DNA of 64,000 nucleotides, taken from the NCBI GenBank assembly GCA_039621445.1, contig CP154954.1, positions 49,455,847 to 49,519,846 of the forward strand, written 5' to 3'. Of this stretch, positions 1 through 12,675 are shown in pieces. The position numbers and the translations under genes are program-made. A model generated the notes under the pieces. It had not been told where the DNA came from. It was given only the letters and a program-made list of their open reading frames with translations, and made no database searches. Numbering within the stretch: the stretch's first letter is position 1; each line of letters opens with the position of its first letter. Origin of the DNA: Euglena gracilis (Eukaryota).

Positions 1-584
1 TCCACCGTATATCAGATGGAAATACAAACGACTTGACTGAGAGGTTGGAAATTTGGGGAAACGGGTGAAGGGAAAGAATTTCCGGCGCATAGCAACCAGG
101 CCAGGACAAGCCCAAACCCATTTTTGACCACGCTGTAAACTTAGGCAAAACGTTAGAAACGTGTAGCACTCACCCAATTCCTTCAATAACTCTGCATAAG
201 TTTGGAGAATCAGGTCCCCCCTGTACAGAGGGCGGAAGACTGCGCCACATATCAACATAGATATATTGCAGCCATAAACAGAAAATAAAATAAATAAAAT
301 AAATAAAGGTAATAGACATAAACTATTATCCCCCCCTGAGGGGTCCATTTCATTTTGGGCACCCTGAAGTGGGTTCTTTGGCATTTTTGCAGGGTAATTT
401 ATGTTATTTTAAGGAATGGGCTGAGGGCCACAATTGTTGTTCGGAAACAAATTATAGTTTCCAGTTAACAGCTTGACAGAGTTTAGGGTCAGGCCGAAAA
501 AAGAAATTGGGAAAGTAGGCCGAACTACGGAAATAGCTGAAATCAGGCCTAAATTGGGCCTAAATTTAGGTGTATATTCACAAG

Positions 585-676
585 ATGGATGGATGGATGG
601 ATGGATGGATGGATGGATGGATGGATGGATGGATGGATGGATGGATGGATGGATGGATGGATGGATGGATGGATGG
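585..676. repeat. (GGAT)n microsatellite
   Basis: Continuous GGAT tandem run visible in the sequence; it explains the MDGW/HPSI low-complexity ORFs. Confidence 0.97.
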
Positions 677-1619
677 TAGGATAGGCACGGCATGTAGGCA
701 GGATAGATAGATGTTGTGATAGATTTTTAAATTATCTCATTATTGTTACACATTATTGTTTCATTACATTACATTTGCATTGCATTGCATCACATTACAA
801 TACATTGCACTGCATTACATTACACTACATCATATTACATGACATCACATTACATTAGACAGACAGACATAAAGACAGAGAGATGGATGGACGGATGGAC
901 AGATAGATAGATTGATATGGTGGACTCTGAAAAAAAAAGTTCCCAGTGTTCACCTTGGCCCAATTTACCAGCTGACAACTTCCCGAGGGGGGGAGTGCAG
1001 CTGAATTGGAGCAAAGAATCCAATTTACTGGGAAATTGCTCGCTGCACCCCTGCCTGGGTCTTTCGTTCCCATCGGGTGCCCCCTTCAGCATGGACACAG
1101 CGGGTCAAAAGCCAAACGACCGGCAGAATGTGCAGTGCCTGGTCCAAGCCGGCGCCGAGATTTTAACGAAAAGGGGGAAGCCAAGGGCCGCAGGAGAAAG
1201 AGGAATGAGAAGATTGGGACGGGGGAAGAAGGGGGTGCGGAGAAAGAAGAAAGCGACAGCAAGGAGGGAGTGAAGATAGAGAGGAGAAAGAAGAAGGCGC
1301 CCCTATGGAAGATCGGAGGAAGACCGGGGGCGGTTAATGCGGAAGTAGCCGGAAAGAAAATGGGAAAGGAGGGGAAGAAAAACAGGAAAGAGGGGTGATG
1401 GATGGGAGGGGGGGAATCCTAGGGAGAGGGGGGCAGGGAAGAGCAAGGAGAAGACGGAGCAGGGGGAAAGAGAGGAGGAGTGGGGAGGAGGGGGGGGGTG
1501 GGATGAAAAGGAATACACCGCACAGCCCCCTCCCCCCCCCCCCCCCCCCCGCCCCCCCGCTCCTAAGGCCCTCGTCTTTCCGCAATCACCCGCCGCCCAG
1601 CAATTTCCCCCTTTTGACA

Positions 1620-1657
1620 ACGCCAAATAGAAACCAGGTCGCGAATTGAAAAGGCAC
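1620..1657 (-). CDS. Probable exon of the Trf4/PAPD5-like polymerase following the PAP-associated motif (G-AFSIRDLVSIWR)
   Basis: GGGCAG|GT acceptor at 1657 is phase-compatible with the upstream exon ending NDVSG-G; the peptide resembles the Trf4 segment after NDVG. The 3' boundary is uncertain. Confidence 0.5.
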
Positions 1658-2306
1658 CTGCCCGATGGAACCCAGATCGCAGAAGGTGAAATATTGTCCA
1701 TGGGGGGATACAACATCGACTCTCGGCAAATGACAAAAAATGCTCAATTTCTGCATTTGGGCGTTTTAGGTGTCACAAAAAAGTCCAAACGTGGGACTTT
1801 TTCTTGTAAGTTTGTGAACATTTTGCAAATTGCTGTGGAATATTCAAAAAAAGCAAAAAAAACCTAAAAATTTTGATGTGAGGGAAGATGTGGTCCAAAT
1901 GCAGGATTTTTTCTTTGTCAAACTCATTTCCAAGCAGAACTCAGGAGGACACACAAAAAAAAAACCCGCAAAAACCTGAAGATTCGCCAAAAAAATATGG
2001 TTCTCCCCCCACCCCCTCATTATGCAGGATCATCGTCATATCACAGGACAGATGGTTCATGACTTCCGGACACAAAGGATGGGTCGTTGACTGACAGGGC
2101 ACCTGGCGAGCGTGCTGGGTTGTTATTGTTTTATTCTTAGAACCCGGGCCTCGTGTTTCGATAAACAAATCTAAGGCGTACAGAAAAATGGGGGAAAATG
2201 AAATTGTCCTTTGGTTTGACCTCACCCCCCAAAAAAGTCCTTGTCGAAAAGGGAATGAGCAATTGGGCCTCTGGCTGTGGTCACACAACAGCCTCATGCG
2301 GCACAC

Positions 2307-2488
2307 CTCCGGAGACGTCGTTGTCCGGGTTCTGGGGGTCCTCGATGGCCAGCCGGTACCCGGGCAGCCCCTTGCGGCGGTTGATCTCCATGTTGTCGCG
2401 GCCCGGCCGGAACTGCTCCTTCGGGACGTAGCAGCCGCCCCCGCGCACGGACAGGGCCACGTGGTCGTAGTCCAGCAGGAAGCCGTAC
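2307..2488 (-). CDS. TRF4: Trf4/PAPD5-like polymerase exon, PAP/25A-associated domain (YGFLLDYDHVALSVRGGG...LAIEDPQNPDNDVSG)
   Basis: CAG acceptor and GT donor; the L-x-I-E-D-P-x-x-P-x-N-D-V motif is characteristic of Trf4/Cid1-family polymerases. Confidence 0.9.
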
Positions 2489-3397
2489 CTGAGAATGGTG
2501 ACAGGTCGATGAGACCGGGGAGACCGGGGAGAGCATCGGGAACCCCGGGCGCGTGTCATTCCGAGTTCACAGCGGTGCACGGCAAAGCTCTTCTGAGACA
2601 CACAGTCGCGAAAGAAAATCTCTTTTTGTGTGCATCAAGATAATGAAATTCTGACCACTCGTGACTCGTGTTGGAGCAAAAGATTTACCCGTCACTCGAA
2701 CACGCCGACATGGCAGACCAAACCCCCAAAACCCATCAACCCACCACTTATTAGATGACCAGGAAATTGGTGATAAACAACGTTCACCCCAATCCCACCT
2801 GGAAATCTCAGGATCATCACAACCACACAAAATAAAAGATGGTAAACCGCTCCAAAAAATAAGACCTGGGTCTTATTTTTGGGTCCGTTGCTGGAAACCT
2901 CCAGGGGGTCTATTTTGGGGGTAGGCCTTATATTTGGATGTTTTCTTGACTGACCCATGCACGAAAAAAAACATCATTTTTCACGTTCCCAAAAAAACAC
3001 TAAAATTTTTCCTTTGGCTCTTCGCGCCACGTGTAATTCGGTGTAAATTGACGTTCACCAAGTTTTTTGCATTTCAAAAATATGCAAAATTTTGAAATTT
3101 CATCAGTTTTGTGAATGAAATTGGGGTGTTTTGGTTATGTTTTAGGTACCATCTCCGGCGCTTTGCACCGTCAGGGGGCCTTATTTTGGATTTTTGCTCG
3201 ATCGGCCCAGGGGGTCTTATTTTGGAAGGGTCTTATTTTGGGGGTTTATTTGGGGGAGGTCAAGTGAAACTCCTTCCAAAAAAAAGCCAAGTTGAGGTGT
3301 TTGGGCAACAGAAATGCACAACTCTGAACACTTTGCACGGAATAGGTTACAAAATAATACGGAATGCATAGCCATGCCAAGGAGAGAGTTGACACAC

Positions 3398-3426
3398 AAA
3401 TGGAAGAAATCGATCAGCAACTTGCC
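3398..3426 (-). CDS. TRF4: 29-nt exon of the Trf4-like polymerase (GKLLIDFFH-L)
   Basis: Joins in frame to give TSLGKLLIDFFHLYG, matching the Trf4/PAPD5 LG-x-LL-x-x-FF-x-x-YG motif. GT donor; the upstream intron is non-canonical. Confidence 0.85.
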
Positions 3427-3718
3427 AAGCGCAGGAGAATATCCAAAAGGATAAAACAAATGCTTTGAAACCAGTTGATCAAATGTTCATCTTTTCATTG
3501 TGTTCCAAGTTATGATTGCATTCTCAAATATACAGTGACGTTTCACCCGAATAATGTAAAAAACTGAAGCTCCTGCAACTCCTGATATCACCGCAAGGAA
3601 CTGATTGACTCAATACGATTTCCCATGTGTTATCCAGGAAGGACCAAATTGCAGATAAATACTCATCCACTAACCAAAGCAATCGACACAAAGAAATGGG
3701 CAGAATATTGTCCTGGCT
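3427..3718 (-). other. Non-canonical (euglenid-type) intron, 292 nt
   Basis: 5' end agcCAGgacaatattc pairs with 3' end ggatattctcCTGcgctt; no GT/AG; removal restores the conserved Trf4 motif. Confidence 0.85.
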
Positions 3719-3775
3719 GAGGGAAGTGTATGCCTGGTCGGTGTGGCTGTGGAACATCTGGAGCATATGGATGAC
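3719..3775 (-). CDS. TRF4: Trf4-like polymerase exon (VIHMLQMFHSHTDQAYTSL)
   Basis: CAG acceptor, phase 0, 57 nt; continues from ...YSISLM of the previous exon. Confidence 0.8.
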
Positions 3776-3987
3776 CTGCCCAGCGGATCAGTGATTGGTT
3801 GGCTCTTGCACTGCTGTAACATTTTCCGTCTCACTCACCTCCCCAGGACATTTTCCCACGGGTGGAGGGGAGAGGGACAACGCGCTCCCCCATGCTCACG
3901 AGCAAAGCAGAACACACACCCAGCATTGCAGAAAACATGCAACGCAGGTTTTGTGGGCTTTGTGGTGGTGGCCCGGCACCCACACAC

Positions 3988-4116
3988 CATCAGGGAGATG
4001 GAGTATGTGCTCAGCCCGCCGGTGAAGACCTCGTTCAGCTTGCGCTGCCGCAGGAAGGTCTTGATGATGAGAATGATGGGCCGCGACTGGGGGTACTGGT
4101 CCAGCAACCGGCGCAC
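3988..4116 (-). CDS. TRF4: Trf4-like polymerase exon (VRRLLDQYPQSRPIILIIKTFLRQRKLNEVFTGGLSTYSISLM)
   Basis: Strong match to the Trf4/PAPD5 K-x-FL-x-QR-x-LNEVFTGG-x-x-x-YS motif; AG/GT boundaries. Confidence 0.95.
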
Positions 4117-5352
4117 CTGCCCGGGGGAGGCGCACTCTCCGGTGTGAGGGGTGGCGGTTTGCTGCCGACGCCCAGTGTGGACATGAGTAACGGCGAAAAG
4201 TGGAGCCCCCACAGTACCTCGCAGTACACCACCCCCCAACCCCCCCACACACCCCTCCACCTCCAACCCCCCACACAACCCCAAAACACTACCCCCCACT
4301 ACCCCCCACATGAAAAAATTTGGCATCATTGTTTAACTTACTCGGCCGTCGGTCTTGTCCAGGCGGCGTCACCCTGGACCCCCCCCCAGAACCAAAATGA
4401 CAAATTCCCTCACCTGTGCAACCGAGACATCCAACTTAATGTCTTCGGACACCCCCCACCCCCCCCCCAACACCCACACCCCCACCCCCACATATACCCC
4501 TCACAGAACTCCACTTTTTGCCATATGTGCCCCAGAGGGTGGGGTTTCGGGTACAACCAGCTCCAGGATGGTCCCGGCCGGCACCCAAAAACAGGCAAAA
4601 TCTCCAAATCCAACTGGGTTGAAAAAGGGGGGGGGGAGGCCAAATTTCTCAGGTGAACCCCCCAAAGCTCTTTAGCAATGACTCGTTTTCAAAAATTTGG
4701 CTCTTTGTGCCAGAATTTTTTTTAGGTCCAGCCTAGCTTCGCCAGCTTGCCAAACTTTAATTCCACTTGACCCACTCGCGGGGAGGGTGGAGGGTCCACA
4801 GCCCGGCTGGGAGCTAGTTGCAAAAAAAAAGACGTTAAAAAAACAAAAAAAGACACTGGAAAAAATTGCCAGTTGCGTGCAAAATCCTTCAGCAGCTCTG
4901 CCAAGATATGCACTTGTCTGCTGGAGAGGACTTTTTCACCTTCTCCGGAGAAAATGTTTTTCAGCATGCAACCATATTTTGAGGTATTTTGATTTCGTTT
5001 TCAAAACATCTTGATTCAAAATCATGCAATTGGTTGGGCAAAAAGTCTAAAAAAATGACAAAAAGATTGACAAACAGTTTGGTCTCAGGGAAAAATTCAG
5101 TTCAAATTTTTCCAAATCGAAAAAAATTCCCGATAAAAAATGAAAAATTACCAGGGAAAAGAAAAGGCAAAAAAAAATGGTAAAAAAGAGCAATAATCTG
5201 CTAAAAAAAATGGGGGAAAAACGGGGGGATGGCAAAAACAACACATTTGTGTCTGCAAGGCAGCAGTGCAGCAAAATGGATTAAGACACAGAGCCCAGAA
5301 GTGGGATGCAGCGAAATGAATACGACATCAACCACTGCATCGACGGCGATAC

Positions 5353-5506
5353 CATTTCTGTGTTCTGTCTGCCACCAATGGCGTTGACGCTGCAGTCGCA
5401 CTCCAGCTTGCTGACTTTGTCCGTAAACTTGACGATGGGCACCTTGGCCTGGATGTACCGGGGCTTCTCCAGGCACAGCCCCACCACCTCCAGCCGGACA
5501 CTAATC
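5353..5506 (-). CDS. TRF4: Trf4-like polymerase exon (ISVRLE...IQAKVPIVKFTDKVSKLECDCSVNAIGGRQNTEM)
   Basis: AKVPIVKF motif and third catalytic Asp (DCSVN); AG/GT boundaries with compatible phases. Confidence 0.93.
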
Positions 5507-6220
5507 CTGCGCGCCAAGACAAGAGGCGTGGGCAACGAATCCGGTCCACACCTACCCCTTCCCCCCAATGTCGATAATGTCAGGTCTGCAAGGGGGTAAG
5601 AAAACTGCTGCGGTTGTCCATTGTAAATCTCACGTTGCCGTTTCAGTGGACAAAAGTATTACAAAAGAGCGTTAAACTGGACATGCGCACAGGGAGGAAA
5701 ACTCAGTTTTCCTGGGTATTGGGGATGCCAGAAACTGCTGGGACAGGGGGGAGAACACAACATGGATCCTCAAAAAAACGAGACATCAAAAAAAACGCAA
5801 AAAAAAAACGCAAAACAAAACACCAATATGCACAAAAAAGGTAAGGAAAACACAAAAAAAAACTGCTGAAGAGACTTAGCAAAACTTCACCCGGGGAATT
5901 TTTTTCATTGTCCAGCTGTGTTTTGATGTGTATTTTGATTAGATCCTGAAAATATGCTATTTGTTGCAAGGAAGGACAAAAAAAAGACAAAAAAATTGAC
6001 AAAAAAAGGTTCGGTCTCAGAAAAATCTGTAGTTCAGAATAAGGAATTTTTCTAAGCCGAAAGATTCCTGAAGCAAAAATTGAAAAACCACCAGGAAAAT
6101 GCAAAAAAAAGCCAAAAATACGGGGGAAAAAAGCAAAAACCTCGTTTGCATTCCCCTCCTGGGTGAAGATGGGGAAGGCAACTCCGCCCACTGGCGTGGA
6201 AATGACCGAAAGTCTCACAC

Positions 6221-6299
6221 CTCTCCAGGGCCGCCTGTGGGGAGCAGGACGTGATGCCGTCCACGCAAATGTCCACGTCGCTGGCCGGGACCAGCAGCC
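6221..6299 (-). CDS. TRF4: Trf4-like polymerase exon (GLLVPASDVDICVDGITSCSPQAALER)
   Basis: Catalytic SDVD; with the previous exon it gives the nucleotidyltransferase signature FGSMKTGLLVPASDVD. Confidence 0.93.
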
Positions 6300-6865
6300 C
6301 TGGCGGGGACCGGGGGGGGGGGCCAGGCACCTTCTTGTCCAGGGCAGGAGAGGGCCACGTCCGGATTTGTGAGGGGTGATGGGATGGGGTGGGGTGGACC
6401 GGCCAACCCAACTTCAAAATTGATTGGAACCCTGCAGCAACTCTCCTTCGGGTTTTACGGAGCAGCCATTGGCGGGGGGGGTTGCCACCGGGGTTTTTTT
6501 TTTAAAAAAAAACTGGGGGAGGGGGGTCCCCCCACCCACCGACCCACCCACCCACCCCCTGGGGGGCCCCCAGGGTGGAGTCCCGGGGAACCCACTCAAA
6601 AATCGCGAAAAATTCCCAAAATAGCACCTTTTCAAAAATTTTCGGCGCCTTCGGCGCCGAAAAGTATATCCCACTCCCCCTGGGGTGGCCCCCTCCGGGG
6701 GGGGGGGGCCGGACCCACCCACCCAACCCCCCCCTCCCCCTCGGGGTCCACGACTAAAAAAAACCCGTTTGACGATGGACATGAGAGCAAGCCTCTGCAC
6801 AGCACGATGACAAAATCGTAGAGGTGAGATGGGGTATGTAAAAAGACACAGAGAGCGCTGGACAC

Positions 6866-6941
6866 CGGTCTTCATTGATCCAAAAACATGGACTTTGCAC
6901 TCTGGGAAGAGAGCATCTGGCCCGCGTTGAAGAACGTCCAC
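6866..6941 (-). CDS. TRF4: Trf4-like polymerase exon (VDVLQRGPDALFPECKVHVFGSMKT-G)
   Basis: FGS motif; CAG acceptor, GT donor, phases match both neighbours. Confidence 0.9.
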
Positions 6942-7143
6942 CTGGGATGCAATGAAAGCACTTCCAATGCGAAAAAAAAAACTTGTCCCCGGGCCTATTC
7001 ATCCAACGAGTTGGGGCTGACAACCAATTCTTGAATTAAAATCCCACTCAGACGAATTCGTTGCAGCTGCTTCTTATAAAAGAATCAGTCTGGGGTCTAT
7101 GTGGGTGGCTGGCATGTCACACTTCGAAAGAGAGCAAGGTGCA

Positions 7144-7655
7144 CAGGGGGGGGGATTGATATCGGAGGCCTTCGGAAAAATTGCGGAAAAATTGCGGAAA
7201 AATTGCGGAAATTGCGGAAAAATTGCGGAAAAATTGATATCGGGTATACACATTTCTGCTTGGGGGGACTTAGAAAATTTTCAATTGTGAGGTTCAGAAC
7301 ACCGCAACACCCACGTCGATGCAGGCGAGCACAAATCAACACGCTTGATGTTCTTTGCACAGGTGGGACGCACCCAAACCTGTGACCAGTGGTGCACCTG
7401 TGAGAAAAATTGGTAAACTGGGGGGGAACAACAAAACACAATAGCACACCTGTTGATCCATTTGAAGAATGGCTTGAACCCATTGCATCTTCCATCTTCG
7501 GTGGTGGGGAAAAAATTCTTCAAAAAAATGGTGAAAAAATGCGGAAAAATTGCGGAAATTGCGCAAAAATTGCGGAAAATTGCGGAAAATTGCGGAAATT
7601 GCGGAAAATTGCGGAAATTGCGGAAAAATTGCGGATATCAAATTTTCCCCCCGTG
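7144..7655. mobile_element. MITE, CAG-polyG TIR family with 7-bp TSD (AGGTGCA) and internal GCGGAAAAATT tandem repeats
   Basis: Begins CAGGGGGGGG..GATATC, ends GATATC..CCCCCCGTG; AGGTGCA at 7137-7143 and 7656-7662. Confidence 0.75.
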
Positions 7656-7665
7656 AGGTGCATCA

Positions 7666-10625
7666 CTTAGGCGGCCGAATTCGCACTTAAGCTTTTTTCC
7701 TTTTGATGCGCGCAATTGCGCAAATTTACGATTTTTTTGTAACCCCTGGGACCCTGTACCCTGACAGCCGAAACACGATTTAAGAACTATGACACCCCTG
7801 TATTGGAGGGGATTAACCCCCAGTAGTTTGGCATGCATGCTGCAGACCGAGTGACACGAAGAGGGCTGATGGTGAGACTGGTGCTGTTGTACATCAAACG
7901 GGAGAGAGACACACACCCCTTGTTACGACACTTGGAAATGGTGCTGACGTGCTGTCTGAACTGGCTGTGATACTACCGCCACCGGTGAGAACTCACTGAG
8001 CCTCGCTGGATAACAACACCACAGACACACAGACTACGTGAGGCAGTCATCACGCAATTGATGTGTGTTTATGGGCGCAATTGCGCAAATAAAAACAATT
8101 GTGTTTGATGGGCGCAATTGCGCAAATAAAACGTACACCGATGATGTTAAAATGACGTGTTGGTGGGCGCAAATGCGCGCATCAACATAATTGTTGATGC
8201 GCGCATTTGCGCAAATGCGCGCATCAAAATGTTTATGTTGATGCGCGCAAATGCGCGCACCAACATGTACTTTTACTTTCTATGTTAAAACAGACCAATG
8301 AGGACCATACCCCAGGAGGTTTAAAAACGTGATGGGCGAGTTGATGCGCGCAATTGCGCAAATAAACATAATTACGTTTGGTGCGCGCATTTGCAAATTC
8401 AAAATGATGGGTTTGTAGGAGCCTTAAAGCACACAAACAAAGTTGTGTTTATTTGCGCAAATGCGCGCATCAAAACACATCAGTTGTGTGATACCATCTC
8501 CTCCTCCGTGACAGCTGGTGAACGCAACTCCTCACGCCAACCAATGATTTGCACCACAATTACGTGGCGTTGAAACTTGTGGTGAGAGGCAGTGTGGAGT
8601 GTTCACTGGAACAGGGCATGTGACTGGCCAAAATTTGCCTGCCTTGCGTGTGTACATTTGCACTGCTGTTCCCCGGCCCGAACGGCCTGCTGTTTTGGCG
8701 TCATCTGTTTGGCAGTTAAACGTAATGAATTGACGACATGCAAACGACCTGTGACTGTTGAACACCTTTTGTGTAACAGGACTCCGTTGCAAGAAGACAA
8801 AATTTGGCACCTGAAATGCCCGGGATGTGTCGGGCCGTAGTCCGTTTTACGGTTTTATTTGCCATTTTCCCCTTCTTGAAATACGTAAAAAACACCAGTT
8901 TTTGTGCATAATTTGGGGGGAGTGGGTCCCACCGCTTTGATGCACCCAATGCAGTGGGAAAGCTTCAAGACTTCCTTGTACGCAAAGTAACGGGTGTTTG
9001 AGGGCCACCTCTCTCCAGCTGCTGGTTGCCATGCACTGGCACCAAGTCGTCCCCCCAGTCTAACACCCCGGTGGCGGGGTAAACCGTGGCCGCTGTGGTG
9101 GGTGTCGTTGCACCGGGGAGGTGGATGCCGGCGTGCTGGGTGCTGAAGCATCAGCAGCTGATGGGGCTGCAGCAGTGGAGCTGAGGCCGCAGGCCAGCGG
9201 CAGGGCCCTTGGGACCCAAAAATTGGTGCCGGTGGAGGTGCACCGTTGCTTGGTGGCTGTGAACCCACCTTCAAGAGATCCTATGTCTCCATCTTTTGTG
9301 GGACCTGTAAATGGTCAAAAAACGGCACCATAACACCATATCCCAGAGGGGACGGTGTAGTCATTTGGGTTGAACCCACTCAGAAGCCACTAAGGGTAGC
9401 TGTAGGAGGGCCAAATGAAGTCACTTATTACTCCTCCATTGGTGGTTTATTTGCGCATTTGCGCGCATCACGTTGTTTTATTTGCGCAAATGCGCAAATA
9501 AAACACATGTAAACTGAACAATTTACATCTGGTTTATTTGCGCATTTGCGCCCACAAAAAAACGTGATGTGCGCAAATGCGCAAATAAACCACTTCCGCT
9601 GTCGGCGTTTGACGGCCATGTTTCCGTCACACCGTTCTTCTTTGCGTTTGATGCGCGCAAATGCACGCATCAAACGCAAAACATGTTTATGCGCGCATTT
9701 GCGCAAATGCGCGCATAAACATGTTTTGTGTTTGATGTGTGCATTTGCGCGCATAAGCTTGCGTGTTGACAAACAGTGTGACAAGTCCACCAACTGGATG
9801 GCCCGTTGGTCCGAGCCGTCGCGGCCCCTTTGTCACACCGTTTATCAACGGCGTCAGATCGTGGGTGCCAAAGCCCCATCCTTGAAGGACATATTTGTGT
9901 TTGATGCGCGCAATTGCGCGCATCAAATGCAAACATATTTGGTGCGCGCATTTGCGCGCATCAAACGCAATTTTCTTCGCAGGTTCTTTGCCACACAACT
10001 GGTTGTGCGGGTCCCGGGTGTAAGCCGGGTGGGAGACACCCGTCCCCTTCATTCCCTTCATTCCCTGCGGACCCCGTTTCTTCCCCCTCTGCACATCCCT
10101 TCCCAAACACCCCGCACTCACCTTCCTTCCCCAGCGTCCTTCCCGTCGGCTCGATCACACCACACCCACACCCCGCGGCACTTCCTCCCTGCACATCAAC
10201 AAACAGCCCAAAAACATCACACCCAGGCGTCGCAAGCAACACAGTCCGGCAAACACCCAGGACGCACACCGCTGGCAGCTTGGACACACCCGGGGACACA
10301 GCCGAAAGGAGCAACAGGGGCAGTAAAGGTCCCGTTCCTATGGTGCTTTTTTGCGTTTTTTTCAGGGTGGGCCGGCAGGGTCCCGGGGGTTAGGGCCCAC
10401 AAAGTCCTTCCCGACACCCCCCAAAATCACCGTTTTTTTGCCAAAGTCCCGGGGGTCACACAGCCAAAATCAGAATTTTCCTCTTTTTTTGCACTCTCTT
10501 GTCAACGTATTTTCAAACCCCCCGGACCTTCACAGCCGAAACAAAGCACAATCAAAAAAATCGTAAATTTGCGCAAATGCGCGCATCAAACGAAAAAAGC
10601 TTAAGTGCGAATTAGGCCGCCTAAG
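7666..10625. mobile_element. 2.96-kb non-autonomous TIR DNA transposon with 5-bp TSD (CATCA)
   Basis: About 70-bp inverted termini CTTAGGCGGCCGAATTCGCACTTAAGCTT... / ...AAGCTTAAGTGCGAATTAGGCCGCCTAAG; CATCA at 7661-7665 and 10626-10630; many internal TGCGCGCA(A/T)TTGCGCAAAT motifs; no intact transposase seen. Confidence 0.9.
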
Positions 10626-11360
10626 CATCATAAACCTACTTTGCAACGGCTTCAGCCTACAAAGTCCGAACAAAAATTATGGGAAAATTTGGAAACGTAA
10701 CTTACATTTCCCAATTATTATTATATAGTATTTGATGTTACATATTATACACCATATGTTATATTATAGATTTATTATATTCATATTACATTATTATTAC
10801 ATTATTAATATTTGATGTTACATATTATACAACATTTATTATATTTTCGATTTATAAAATTCATATTACATTATATTGTGATTATTTTCCCCATTATGTT
10901 TTCCCCAGTGCACCTTTCCAATGCCTCTTTTGAGCCCAGGCAAATCACATTAAAAGCCGCGAACGTTCGTCCTCCATAGAGGACAGAGTGAAGATGAGTT
11001 ACCATAAAAACAGCCGCCACACACATTATTACATTTGCAAACGACGCATTTTTGAGCAGTTTCCTTGTCACACTCACAAACAACAGAGGATTTCTGGCAC
11101 CCTGAATGTAACACAAAAAATATTTTTCTACGAAATATTATTTCTATAATTTCACTTCTCCCATTTTTGATCACACCGTAAATTTTTGAACGGACTGTAA
11201 ACCAATTTTTCGAAGTCATAAACAAAGTGACAATGTCCAGACCGCATTCAATGCCGTTTTGTTCCCTGGGCACGAGAATTGTGAGGAGACGCAATTTCGG
11301 TGGGGCGCAGCCAACGGTGAAGGTTTTGGCGAGACCTCCCGAGGGCACAGTGTGCCACAC

Positions 11361-11414
11361 CAGGCGGTTGATGAGGCGGTTGCGCAAAGCACGCTCAGCG
11401 GGGCGGGGCTCCAT
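11361..11414 (-). CDS. TRF4: Trf4-like polymerase exon (MEPRPAERALRNRLINRL)
   Basis: Matches the Trf4 M-x-PRP-x-E-x-x-x-R helix; GT donor; the upstream intron is non-canonical. Confidence 0.88.
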
Positions 11415-11530
11415 ACGAACAGGGCCCCGCCCTTGGCCACGGTGGGGCGTGAGAAATGCGGCACAAGAGGGGTTGATAATGATAATTATGAGGATGGTGA
11501 GATAATAACAACAGCAACACCAAGAGCACG

Positions 11531-11615
<85 letters not shown>

Positions 11616-11832
11616 TCAGCAGCAGCAACAACAACAACAACGAAAACAATATCAACAATAATTTAATATAAATGAGAATTTTTTAATCAATAATAATATT
11701 TTTTTTCGGGGTAAATGAACCGACGGTTGCGTGGACCTGCGGCAGCGGCGGAGTCGGCAAGCAGAGTTTGATGGGAACAGCATCACCCCCACACCCGAGC
11801 ATCCGGGGATGGGGCCGGGAGGTGCCCTGGGG
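11415..11832 (-). other. Non-canonical intron, 418 nt, containing an (AAC)n/(AGC)n microsatellite
   Basis: 5' cccCAGggcacc pairs with 3' ggggccCTGttcgt; removal yields LHEEIVDWMRY|MEPRP, colinear with the Trf4 LHEEI-x-D-x-x-x-Y-M-x-PRP motif. Confidence 0.82.
11530..11641. repeat. (AAC)n/(AGC)n compound microsatellite
   Basis: Tandem runs visible; source of the poly-T/poly-A/poly-L ORFs. Confidence 0.95.
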
Positions 11833-11964
11833 GTACCGCATCCAGTCCACGATCTCCTCGTGCAGGCTGGCGTGCGCCTCCCGGTAGCCGAGGTACCGCG
11901 TCCGCGCCCACGGGGGGAGCGGCAGGTGGTGCTCCGGGGCCGCCGCCTCCGCCGCCGCTGGCTT
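11833..11964 (-). CDS. TRF4: Trf4-like polymerase exon (KPAAAE...LPPWARTRYLGYREAHASLHEEIVDWMRY)
   Basis: PW...LHEEI motif typical of the start of the Trf4/PAPD5 domain; CAG acceptor. Confidence 0.88.
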
Positions 11965-12176
11965 CTGCCGAGGGGGGAGGGGGCAACGGCAACAACACGG
12001 GGCATTCTTGACGATGGACACTCAGAGGCTTCCATGTGAGTTGTTCTGAGTCAAGCATGGGGGGGGGGGGGGGCTGTGGACGGTGCACCGGGGGAGAACG
12101 ATGTGACGGCGGCCACGGGATGGCTTTCCAGTCGGGACGCCGGGGCTCCTGCCCGGAGCGGGGAGGGGCAGCGCAC

Positions 12177-12267
12177 CGCCGGTGTGTCGCTGAACGTCAG
12201 GAAGTTGCCCAGCCCCTCCGCAGCCTTCGGGGCCGCCTTGGGGGCTGGCTTGGGGGTCGGGGCCGTG
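12177..12267 (-). CDS. Probable linker exon (TAPTPKPAPKAAPKAAEGLGNFLTFSDTPA)
   Basis: GC3-rich, CAG acceptor and GT donor, phase 0 into the next exon. Confidence 0.65.
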
Positions 12268-12650
12268 CTGTGACCGGGGAGGGGGGATGGTGAGGGGGGG
12301 GGGAGGGGCCGATTTTCACGGCCATGCACGCTGCAAAAGGCGAAATCATCGCCACCTGCTTAAAAATTATATTTTATATACACGAATGGATGCATTTATA
12401 TTATGTTTGTGCATACAATATAAATACCATATATACACACACCCGTATACACGCATATACGTATGCACATTGGGCAGCCCCGGTGGGCCAGCTAATGGGT
12501 GTTTTCACAGCGAAAAGGTTAGAAAATGTCAGAAAAAAGGTTAGGGGTTAAGGTGGGGCCGAAAGCTGAGGAGGTCACGCTGAAATTCCACCCATATTTA
12601 GGCCTGATTTCCGGCCTAACTTGGGCCAAAATCCTCACCCAAACTCTGTT

Positions 12651-12675
12651 CCCTAACCCTAACCCTAACCCTAAC
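12651..12675. repeat. Interstitial (CCCTAA)4 telomere-like repeat within a dispersed repeat
   Basis: ccctaaccctaaccctaaccctaac; related degenerate TTAGGG runs at ~12540, ~20000, ~23045 and ~40290. Confidence 0.7.

Noticed and set aside
9546-10604. 352-aa ORF inside the 5-bp-TSD element as a transposase
   Set aside because: It is largely translation of the repeated TGCGCA motif (CANAQI/RANARI), with no DDE or DNA-binding signature.
11836-11840. Canonical GT donor (CG|GTACCC) for the intron upstream of MEPRP
   Set aside because: No matching AG acceptor, and it would delete the conserved Tyr; the N3-CAG/CTG-N5 boundary fits the Trf4 alignment exactly.
12651-12675. True telomere or chromosome fusion point
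   Set aside because: Only four units, inside an intron and part of a dispersed repeat.
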